A stretch of 52,819 bases of DNA from a virus (taxonomy: Duplodnaviria; Caudoviricetes), in the IMG/VR virus record IMGVR_UViG_3300035703_000127, positions 1 to 52,819 of that record, one strand, 5' to 3'. The notes under the pieces were generated by a model. It worked only from the letters and a program-made list of their open reading frames with translations. It had not been told where the DNA came from and made no database searches. Made by a program: the position numbers and the translations under genes. Positions within the stretch are counted from its first letter, which is position 1. The number at the start of each line of letters is the position of its first letter. Of the stretch, positions 45,161 through 52,819 are shown in pieces.

Positions 45161-46816
45161 GGCCGCGTCCCTTTGCGTGGTGTAAAATCCGAGGCCGCAC
45201 TTCCCTGATCAGAGGGTGATCAGAGTGGAATGAGCGGATATCAATCCCGAGGCGATGGGTTGCCTCGTTCATTCACCTTGCACGGTCACAAATGACCTGT
45301 CAAGGCATGTCTGCCTGAGTGTCCTGATGGTGCAGCAGGGTTCAGCGCCGGCCCCCGGGCGCCAGAGGTCCGGCCCGCCCTGTGGGGGCGAGCCAGAGCG
45401 CTGGCTGGGTCCCGTGTGATCGCTGGCTGCTACGCGGTGGCTGTAGTGGCTCGGGCACCGGGCGGCAGTTCATCGGCTGCCGCCGGAATCGCGGCCATCG
45501 AGTCGAGCGAGAACATGCGGCGGCCCTCCAGCTGCCAGTGCTCGTCCTGCTCAAGCAGCACGGCCCCCACCAGGCGCGTGATCGCGGCGTCGTTGGGAAA
45601 GATGCCAACGACACGAGTGCGGCGCTTGATCTCCTCGTTCACCCGCTCCAGCAGGTTGGTGCTCCACAGCTTGCGCCAGTGGCTGACTGGGAAGTGGCGG
45701 AACGCCAGCACGTCCTCGCGGGCTGAGGCCATGAGTTCAGCGGCCCTGGGGAACTTCCCGGCGAGCATCGCCGCCACCTGATCCCACTGCTCCTGCACGG
45801 TGGCGGCGCTCTGCTGGGTGAACACCGAGCGCAGGGCAGCGGCCACCATCTCCTGCTGGGCCTTTGGCACCGTCTGCAGGAGGTTCCTGGCGAAATGGAC
45901 GCGACAGCGCTGCCAGGAACACCCCTGGAACATGCGGCCCACGGCCTTGGTCAGGCCCACATGGGCGTCACTCACCACCAGCCGGACCCCAGTGAGGCCG
46001 CGCTGTTTCAGGCTGGCGAGGAACTCCCGCCAGAAGGGCTCACTCTCGCTGTCGCCCACCTTGAGCCCAAGCAGCTCCCGGCGGCCATCGGCGTTGACGC
46101 CCATGGCAACGACGACGGCGCGGGAGCAGACCTGCAGCGTCTTACCGAGCCGGCCGTGGAGGTAGGTGGCATCCAGATAGAGGTACGGATGGCGGCTGCC
46201 ATCGAGGGGCCGCTCCAGGAAGGCCTGGATCTGGGCGTCGAGCCCCTGGCAGATGCGGCTCACCTCCGAGCGGGAGATCCCAGCATCCGAGCCGATCGCG
46301 GCGACCAGGGCGTCGACCTTCCTGGTGGAGACGCCCTTGACCCAGGCCTCCATGATCACCGCGTAGAGGGCCTGATCGATCCGCCGCCTGGGCTCGAGGA
46401 TCGTCGGGAAGAAGCTCCCCGAGCGGAGTTTGGGGATCGAGAGGGGGAGGTCGCCCACCTGGGTGGTGAGCAGGCGAGGTCGACTGCCGTTGCGGTAGCC
46501 GAGGCGTTCGTCGGTGCGCTCATGGCGCTCGGCACCGAGCACGGCGGCAACCTCCAGCTCGATCAGTTGCTGCAGGCCGTGGCGCGCCAGCTCAGGGATA
46601 AGCTCCCCGGCCGTGCTGCCATCCAGTAGCGACGCCAGTGCTGAGGCGCCAGAATCCGTCTTGGGCATGGTTCGTCTGGTTGAGGTGGTTCTCAAACCAG
46701 GGAAGCGGGCCTGCCCACCCCCTACAAGCGCTGGAGCCTGGAGCGGTGGTCGGCTCAGCCCCGGCTACACCGGGGCTGAGGCCCAGGGAATTTCCACCAC
46801 TTGGCGGGACTCAGGC
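45161..46816 (-). mobile_element. IS256-family insertion sequence
   Basis: 8-bp direct repeat CACCTCAA at 45153-45160 and 46817-46824; imperfect terminal inverted repeats (GGCCGCGTCCC..GTGGTGTAAAATCC / GGCCTGAGTCCC..GTGGTGGAAATTCC). Confidence 0.9.
45430..46695 (-). CDS. IS256-family transposase
   Basis: GYRNG, GVSTRKV, YLYLDAT, VSDAHVGL, WQRCRVHFARN, STNLLERVNEEIKRR. Confidence 0.95.
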   Translation of the reverse strand: MRTTSTRRTMPKTDSGASALASLLDGSTAGELIPELARHGLQQLIELEVAAVLGAERHERTDERLGYRNGSRPRLLTTQVGDLPLSIPKLRSGSFFPTILEPRRRIDQALYAVIMEAWVKGVSTRKVDALVAAIGSDAGISRSEVSRICQGLDAQIQAFLERPLDGSRHPYLYLDATYLHGRLGKTLQVCSRAVVVAMGVNADGRRELLGLKVGDSESEPFWREFLASLKQRGLTGVRLVVSDAHVGLTKAVGRMFQGCSWQRCRVHFARNLLQTVPKAQQEMVAAALRSVFTQQSAATVQEQWDQVAAMLAGKFPRAAELMASAREDVLAFRHFPVSHWRKLWSTNLLERVNEEIKRRTRVVGIFPNDAAITRLVGAVLLEQDEHWQLEGRRMFSLDSMAAIPAAADELPPGARATTATA

Positions 46817-48463
46817 CACCTCAATCCAGGCGCCCCAGGCCCCAAGATCCTTGATCCGGTTCAGCAGCGGCTCAAAGTCCGGCACCCAGTCCAGCGTGAG
46901 CGGGTTGACGCCCACCGTCACCACGTGACCGGCGGCCACCAGCTGCTCCACCAGCTCAAAGCGACTTTCGATGCTGGGCGCCATGGGTTCGACCCGCTTG
47001 CGCACCGCGTCGTCGAGCATCGGGATCGACACGTACCAGACCGACGGCGGGTTCTCGCGGATCACCTTCTCCAGGAACGGGCGCTGGGGCTTGTGGGCCC
47101 CGCGGGTCTGCCAGGTGAGGGGGATCTGGAGCTCCATGCACAGCTCCCAGATCGGCTCGAACTGCTCGGCATTGGTGCCGGCGAAGGGATCGACGTGGTT
47201 GGAGACCAACATCGGCACGCCCGCCTGAAGCAGCTTGGCCTCACGGGTGCTGCGGGTGCGGTAGTTGGCCAGCAGCCCCATGATCCCGGACAGGTCCGCC
47301 TTGCGGTCCGGCTTGAACGCATTGGCAAAGCAGTTGCGCGATAGGAACCCTCCTGAAACGTAGTTGTGGGTAGACGTGCGGAAACTGGCCACGCGGATCA
47401 TGCCAGCGTCTTCCACACGCACCACTGGGATGCGTTCTTGCAAGCCCTTCAGGGACCGTCCCATGAGGGAGTTCGCTTTTCGGGTGATGGCAGGTTGAAC
47501 AAACTGCACGAATAGTGGTGCTGCCAATCCCACAGCATTGACGAGGCGAATGGCTTTGTCTTCCGAGACGAACTGGAACCCAAAGGACAGCAGAGCTTCT
47601 TCAATACGGCGATAGGTGATTGGGTTCTTCTCTCGGTGTTGGCAGATCCGAAGTGCCGACTGGGTGGCGCCAGAGCGACGGGCTGGAGTGCTTCCCTCTG
47701 CGTCATAGATGCCAGCGAGCCAGCCACGCCAATACTCACGCTGCTCGGCGGCATCCGCAGAGGCCATCAGTCGGCTCACAGGATGCTCCACAGGGAAATA
47801 GAGCTGCTGCATCGGGGAGCGCCCCGGCGTAGCGGTGTAATCCTTGAACGCCCGTAGTGGCTGGGAGGCCCAGCCCAGCGCAGACACAAAGGCAGCTACA
47901 CGCTCCAGCGGCTCAGGGTCCTTCAGCGCAATCCGCCAAGCGCCATATGGCGTTGTGCTGGCGTCGCCTTCCAACAAGCCGCAGATGTAACCCCGGCGGT
48001 AGTCATCGCAGAACGGTTCATCCGTCAGCAGTGGCAAGCGAATGCGATGCAGAGCTCGTCCAGGGCGAACAACCATCCGCGAATAGGGGCCGACTGTGCA
48101 GATCGGCGCGTACTCGATCACCCCACGGCGACCCGTCCAGAAGTGGTGATCAGGGGTGCAGGTGATCGTTTCGCCGTTGGCCAGGTGAACCCGAACACCG
48201 GGCACCTCGCGAGCAAACACCTCTTCCACCACGGCCGGGGCCCATTCGCGGTGGGCACCAACACCACGAGACTGGAAGCCCAGGAGAACATCGCCTACCT
48301 GCACAGCCTTGCCGGGCTTGGTGCGGAGATTGGCGAGCATCACCGGCGAGTTTTCTTCTATGCAGTAGGTGCAGGCATGGCCGCACCAGTTCATCGAAAG
48401 CTCCAGGCCCGCCGGGGAGACCAGGAACTCGCCCGCGTAGGCGCGGATGCCATCGCCAGCCAT
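46811..48463 (-). pseudogene. N-terminal half of an SplB-like radical SAM gene containing an intein; truncated by the IS
   Basis: CGHACTY-[intein]-CFAN restores CxxxCxxC; TGA stop lies in the IS end. Confidence 0.8.
47333..48364 (-). mobile_element. Intein with LAGLIDADG homing endonuclease (344 aa)
   Basis: Starts CIEENSPV; block B ITCTPDHHF; YICGLLEGDAS and WLAGIYDAEGS; ends THNYVSGGFLSRN with +1 Cys. Confidence 0.9.
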
Positions 48464-49119
48464 CAGCCTTCCTCCCGGGCGTGGATCTGGGCCAGGAAGT
48501 CATCGGCCAGCTTGAGCAGGGCGATCTTGTCGCGGCTGTAGCCCAGCTCCTCTTTGGCCTGGCGCCAGCGGCGCAGCTCCTCGGGTTCCAGCACGATTGC
48601 CAGCGGCTGGCCGCGGGAGGGGTCGTCGGGGTCGCCGTAATCCGGCTCCTCCTCATGCTCCTCGATGCCATCCTCCTCGCCCTTGCTGATCAGCTCCTGG
48701 AGCTCATCGGGGCGGAACCAGTCGCTGGTGTCGAAGCCTTCATCGCTGAGCGCGGCCAGCACGTCGTCATCCCACTCGCTGAGCTCCCCGGTGCGGTTGT
48801 CGGCGATCGACAGCTGCACCTTCTGCTCAGGGGTGAGGTTGGTGCGGCGCACGGCGATGATCTCGTTGCCATCGGCCTCGATCACTCGCACCTTCTCAAT
48901 GCCAACCTGGCCGGCGGCCTCCACCACGCCGTTGCCGGCGATGATCTGGCCCTCTTCGTCGATGACGATGGAGCGGCCGACGCCGAGGGTCTGCAGGCTG
49001 TGGGCGATGCGATCGGCGCTGCGGGAGGTGCGGCGACGGGGATTGCGGGGATCGGCCCGCAGCTGAGAGATGTGGCTGATCTCAGCGGCGGCAGCCTTGG
49101 GGGCAGCTTTGGGGGGCAA
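48463..49119 (-). CDS. ParB/Srx-like N-terminal domain protein
   Basis: ISQLRADPRNPRR...SIVIDEEGQIIAGNG...IADNRTGELSEWD. Confidence 0.85.
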   Translation of the reverse strand: MPPKAAPKAAAAEISHISQLRADPRNPRRRTSRSADRIAHSLQTLGVGRSIVIDEEGQIIAGNGVVEAAGQVGIEKVRVIEADGNEIIAVRRTNLTPEQKVQLSIADNRTGELSEWDDDVLAALSDEGFDTSDWFRPDELQELISKGEEDGIEEHEEEPDYGDPDDPSRGQPLAIVLEPEELRRWRQAKEELGYSRDKIALLKLADDFLAQIHAREEG

Positions 49120-49137
49120 GCCGGTGGTGCGACTGCC

Positions 49138-49305
49138 TCAGCTTTCCGGCGGTGGCTTAGAGATCGGCGGACGCTCCGCCTCGGGGAACTGGGAGAGGTC
49201 GCGCTCCTCCTCCACCGCCTCCAGCAGCTCCGCCATGGCAGCCAGTTCGGCGGCCAGGTCTGAGAGATCGAGGTGGAGCTCCACAGACCGCTGGGGCAGA
49301 GCCAT
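49138..49305 (-). CDS. Small acidic hypothetical protein (55 aa, not in ORF track)
   Basis: MALPQRSVELHLDL...KPPPES*; stop lies in the GGAAAGCTGA motif. Confidence 0.5.
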   Translation of the reverse strand: MALPQRSVELHLDLSDLAAELAAMAELLEAVEEERDLSQFPEAERPPISKPPPES

Positions 49306-49397
49306 CAGCGTGCCGGCGCAGCCCCTGGTTTCAGGGGATGATTCGTGCTCAGATCCGCGGCATGGTTGGTTCTGATGCTGATCAGAGGGCGCCTGTC

Positions 49398-50033
49398 CTA
49401 CCGCTGAGTCACTTCACCGGTATGGCAGTTGATCACCTCCCGTGACTGCCCACCGAAGCCATTGGCGGCGGTGTACTCGATCATGCCGAGCTGCAGCTGC
49501 TGCTCGATGTCGTTGCGCAGTCGCAGGCTGCTCGGATCGCGCAGCGACGCCTCCAGCTGCATCAGGCACCGGGCCCGTTCCTCCTGGTTGATCACCAGCG
49601 CATCGCGGATCTGCTGTTCGCTCAGCGGCGGCCGGGAGGATGCTGGCTGGGGTTGCTGGGCAGCTTGCGGTTGTGGCGCCGGTGCCGGTCTGGCGGTGAT
49701 GCTGTCGGCGGCCACCTGCTTCACCAGCTGCTGGAAGGCTGGGGCCTGAATGCGGCCATGCCACAACGCCAGGGACGGCTGCGCGAGCACCTGACAGGCC
49801 AGCTGCACCTGGCGGCGGCAGAGCGGGATTGAGGCCTCAGCTGTCACCACCGCCAGCGCGGCCATGCCCAAGGTGACGATCGCGCCGGCAGCTGTGACCT
49901 GGAAGGCCAGCAGGAACAACCGGCCACCGGGACCCATGCTGAGCTGCCCGCGGCGGCGGCGTTCAGCCTGGCGGTCCTGTGCATCGGCCAGGCGCTGGAG
50001 GGCTTCCCTCTGCTGCGGGTCAATCGGTGCCAT
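49398..50033 (-). CDS. Membrane-anchored hypothetical protein
   Basis: TM segment plus C-terminal LRDPSS...YTAANGFGG motif. Confidence 0.55.
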   Translation of the reverse strand: MAPIDPQQREALQRLADAQDRQAERRRRGQLSMGPGGRLFLLAFQVTAAGAIVTLGMAALAVVTAEASIPLCRRQVQLACQVLAQPSLALWHGRIQAPAFQQLVKQVAADSITARPAPAPQPQAAQQPQPASSRPPLSEQQIRDALVINQEERARCLMQLEASLRDPSSLRLRNDIEQQLQLGMIEYTAANGFGGQSREVINCHTGEVTQR

Positions 50034-50053
50034 TGCAGCGCCTGCTGATGGGC

Positions 50054-50383
50054 TCATCTTGGCCGTGGGGCCCCTGCTCTCGGCATCACCGCAGCCCGGA
50101 AGATCCAGGTGGCGGCATTGAAGCGCTGCAGCAGCCGCACCAGGCGAAACAGCAGCCAGTGCCCCATCGGCGCATGACGGCTGAGCAGCTGCTGCGCATT
50201 GGCGCCACCGTCGATCGCCAGGGCCTCCTGCACGTAGCTCTCCACCTGATCCAGCAGCCGGCGCTGCGCGGCCTCAAAGGTGGAATCCTGCGCCGCCAGG
50301 TCGAAATCCAGGCACGCCACCACCCACTGGCCTTCGACACGGCGGGCCATGAGGTGCAGTGAGGCCGGTGCAGCAGCAGCCAT
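50054..50383 (-). CDS. HicB-like domain protein
   Basis: WVVACLDFDLAAQDSTFEAAQRRLLDQVESY. Confidence 0.55.
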   Translation of the reverse strand: MAAAAPASLHLMARRVEGQWVVACLDFDLAAQDSTFEAAQRRLLDQVESYVQEALAIDGGANAQQLLSRHAPMGHWLLFRLVRLLQRFNAATWIFRAAVMPRAGAPRPR

Positions 50384-50393
50384 GGCACTCAGG

Positions 50394-50789
50394 CTATGGC
50401 CGTGCCCAGCGTGCCTCGATCAGCGCCGAGAGCTTGGGCAGCCAGATCGCTTCCTGTTTCTTGAGCATGGTGCCGGTGATCGCCAGGCAGGCCCAGCCGG
50501 AGGCCTGAGCGGTGAAGGCCTTGGCGCAGTCGCGCTCGATGCCAACACCGGAGCTGTGCTTTCCGAGGGTCCAGGTGCCACCCTGAATCTCCAGGGCCAC
50601 CTGCGCCTCAGGCCAGGCGAAGTCGGCCCGGTAGCGCACGCGGCGGGTCACCAGCCCCAGCGCCTTGCGCTCGGATGCCCAGGCCTCCCAGGCCGGGAGG
50701 CTGTATTCCCGCTCGAAGGGCAGGGCGGGATAGAGCTGCTGCCAGCGCGCCGCGAAGCGATCCTCAAGGGGTGAGCTGGTGCGTGGCAT
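50394..50789 (-). CDS. PD-(D/E)xK endonuclease (DUF559/Vsr-like)
   Basis: YRADFAWPEAQVALEIQGGTW...H...RDCAK...GW. Confidence 0.75.
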   Translation of the reverse strand: MPRTSSPLEDRFAARWQQLYPALPFEREYSLPAWEAWASERKALGLVTRRVRYRADFAWPEAQVALEIQGGTWTLGKHSSGVGIERDCAKAFTAQASGWACLAITGTMLKKQEAIWLPKLSALIEARWARP

Positions 50790-51048
50790 GCGCGAGCTTT
50801 CCGCCCGGAAGCGCTCTGCCAGTCGGCTTCAGCAGCAGGGCTCAGCTCAGCGGCGTTCGCGGTCTCGGATGGCTTTCAGCCTGGCGCCCAGTTCCCGCAG
50901 CTTGGCCACCAGCTCGGTGTCAAGCGCGGCGTCCCTGAAAGACCGGGTGATTGTGTCCGCAATGCGCTGGAAAGTCGGCGCAGCTTTGGCGAACGCGTCA
51001 GTTAGCTCTTGGGCTTCGTTGTTCGGCATGGAGTCGTAGAGAAAGTGA

Positions 51049-51288
51049 CTAAGAGGGGGTGCTCTCCAGCTCCTGGGCGATGTTCCGCAGCTCCCGGCGG
51101 GTGCGCGGTGTAGGAGTCCAGCGGCAAGGTCCATCGCCGGTCCAAGGGCCAGCGTGGTGGTCGGCCAGGACCCGGAGCGCGGCTGCCAGGCACACCTCCT
51201 GCCAGTTGCCCTCCAGCGGACCGAGCAGCTCGTAGCGTTCGTCAAAGGCTTGGACGATGGCGGCAGCGGCGGGGCTCAGCTCAGTCAT
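51049..51288 (-). CDS. Hypothetical protein, LSPAA paralog
   Basis: MTELSPAAAAI...AAALRVLAD...ELRNIAQELE. Confidence 0.6.
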   Translation of the reverse strand: MTELSPAAAAIVQAFDERYELLGPLEGNWQEVCLAAALRVLADHHAGPWTGDGPCRWTPTPRTRRELRNIAQELESTPS

Positions 51289-51526
51289 GGTTGCCCTCCA
51301 GCTCGGCGGCGATGGCGAGGAGTTCGGCGCGGATCTGCTCGCATTGGGTGATGCAGCAGTCGTCGCCACACGGATCGAGAGGCGCCACCTGATCCACAGC
51401 AGCTCGCAGAGCAGCGGCGACAGTGGGGGCATCCAGCTGCCAGCCCATATCTCGGATTTGCGGTTGATCGCTGTACAGGGCAAGCACGGCATCCTTTACT
51501 GCTTGCGCGGCGGGGGACAAGCTCAT
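51281..51526 (-). CDS. Hypothetical protein, LSPAA paralog
   Basis: MSLSPAAQAV...AAALRAAVDQV...ELLAIAAELE. Confidence 0.6.
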   Translation of the reverse strand: MSLSPAAQAVKDAVLALYSDQPQIRDMGWQLDAPTVAAALRAAVDQVAPLDPCGDDCCITQCEQIRAELLAIAAELEGNHD

Positions 51527-52254
51527 GCCTCCACCTCCGGCGCCATCAGTATCTGCCGGAGCGGCACCGGCAGCGCGTGGTGGGGGAGCCAGTGGGATGC
51601 GCCCCAGGAAGGGCCATAGGTGCGGTCCAGTAGCTTCCACCCCCAGTCGTCGTCATAGTCGCCAAGCTGATCGGCCCAGAACCAACACTTTCCCTCCCCA
51701 TCGCAATCCTCCAGCCCCGGCAGCCGCTCAGCGACGGGCACCGGCTCGATGGCGGGGCGGTGCCAGCGGGCGAGGACGGCGCGAGCGAAGCAGTGCTGCT
51801 GCGTTGGCCATGGTCCTTGATCTTGTTCTGTTGCCCAACTCCAAAGATCGCTGATCTCTTCATCCGTCGCCTCCTGCGGCTCAGATTGGCGCCCTGATAC
51901 CGCTTTAGTCCACCCGTCGGCGTAGCCCTCCCGGTAGGCATGAAAATCGTCGCCACGATGCGTCCATGGAACATCAATTTCTTCGCAGTCCAGCTTCGCC
52001 CCCTGCGGCTCGGGCTGGGCCAGGGCGGCGCCATCCAGTTCGGCTGCGATGGCGAAGAATTGAGAGCGAATGCTTTGCTGAATTATGTCTTCGAGAATAG
52101 AAACCAGGCCATCCTCTGGCACCACCTGATCCGCAGCAGCACGCAGGGCGGCGGCGGCATAGCTGGAGTAAAAGTTCGTTTGCCACTTTGGGTTTCGTGT
52201 TGCTTTGTAAGCGGCTTTCAGAATTGCCTGTGCGGCGGGGGATAGGTGAGTCAT
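51523..52254 (-). CDS. Hypothetical protein, LSPAA paralog with extra domains
   Basis: MTHLSPAAQAI...AAALRAAADQV...FAIAAELD, then PVPVAERLP...SHWLP. Confidence 0.6.
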   Translation of the reverse strand: MTHLSPAAQAILKAAYKATRNPKWQTNFYSSYAAAALRAAADQVVPEDGLVSILEDIIQQSIRSQFFAIAAELDGAALAQPEPQGAKLDCEEIDVPWTHRGDDFHAYREGYADGWTKAVSGRQSEPQEATDEEISDLWSWATEQDQGPWPTQQHCFARAVLARWHRPAIEPVPVAERLPGLEDCDGEGKCWFWADQLGDYDDDWGWKLLDRTYGPSWGASHWLPHHALPVPLRQILMAPEVEA

Positions 52255-52742
52255 GGATTCCAATGATGCTCAAGACGATGGGCGAGAGCGGCCAGGTGAG
52301 CTTCGTAGGGAGTGTCGTAGGTGCCTACGTACTGCTTTCTGCCTTGTCCGATCACTTGATAGCTGGCGTACCACCGGCCTTCTGGAGTAGGGCGCACGTA
52401 GCGCCAACCAGCCTTGCCTCGCTTGCGTTTATTCTGCTCGTTGGTAGATCGACAGCACCAGCGAAGATTCTTTGGGTGGTTGTTGAGCGGGTTGCCGTCT
52501 ATGTGATCAACCTCTTTGTGGTGTGACTCTGGCATGATGCCGGAAAGCGCCAAGACAATGTGAGAACAGGCATAAGTCCTGCCTTTTGTCTTAACCCTGT
52601 AGTAGCCGTCAACTAGATGGCCCGCCATCTTTTGATGGTTTTGGTACGGCACCAGTTGGCGCCACGACAATCCTGAAGGCTGAGACGGATCAACCTGAAA
52701 ACGCTCACGCCACAGGTCGAGCCTGTCTTGTGCAATGGTCAT
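52251..52742 (-). CDS. HNH homing endonuclease with AP2 domain
   Basis: EVDHIDGNPLNNHPKNLRW; C-terminal YVGTYDTPYEAHLA. Confidence 0.85.
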   Translation of the reverse strand: MTIAQDRLDLWRERFQVDPSQPSGLSWRQLVPYQNHQKMAGHLVDGYYRVKTKGRTYACSHIVLALSGIMPESHHKEVDHIDGNPLNNHPKNLRWCCRSTNEQNKRKRGKAGWRYVRPTPEGRWYASYQVIGQGRKQYVGTYDTPYEAHLAALAHRLEHHWNP

Positions 52743-52819
52743 CGGACAAGCCTGTAGGTAAATCCATCGACTTTGATTATCTCGGGTGGTTTGGGTGATT
52801 GACGGCGGGCGGCGCGGAG

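Noticed and set aside
44433-45272. Independent 279-aa gene
   Set aside because: Its first 37 codons lie in the IS; the rest is the C-half of the radical SAM gene
1-52819. Host assignment from HIP1 (GCGATCGC) enrichment, and prophage att sites
   Set aside because: Only sporadic HIP1 noticed (e.g. 12243-12250); no integrase or host genes in the window, so boundaries and prophage status cannot be fixed

Overview
GC-rich window that is entirely phage or prophage DNA: a siphovirus-type morphogenesis module plus an early/accessory region. The host is probably a picocyanobacterium (inferred from a SigF-like sigma factor and cyanophage-type small proteins). Almost all genes are on the minus strand. 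In transcription order: accessory genes (HNH-AP2, PD-(D/E)xK nuclease, ParB-like, an intein-containing radical SAM gene split by an IS256 with an 8-bp target duplication, QueE-like, Gp157, LexA-like), then terS, terL, sigma factor, portal, MuF-like minor head, neck genes, a -1 frameshifted tail chaperone, tail tube, tape measure, tail tip/fibre genes, scaffold and major capsid. No integrase or lysis genes are visible. Three things stand out. (1) A plus-strand island at 37.2-39.3 kb: an RHH regulator, a stand-alone RAMP/Cas7-like gene, a ~500-bp non-coding array of 5-nt (GGC-like triplet + variable dinucleotide) units split into ~10 blocks, and a partner gene. This is a candidate non-CRISPR RNA-guided system. 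(2) Thirteen small Arg-rich genes in two clusters that share a ~16-aa N-terminal leader (MAGNGSRxGxxRxxGG) on otherwise divergent bodies. (3) A GGAAA(C/G)CT motif upstream of more than 20 genes that behaves like a phage late -10 element and often doubles as the upstream gene's stop codon. All product calls come from manual motif recognition; no database search was run.
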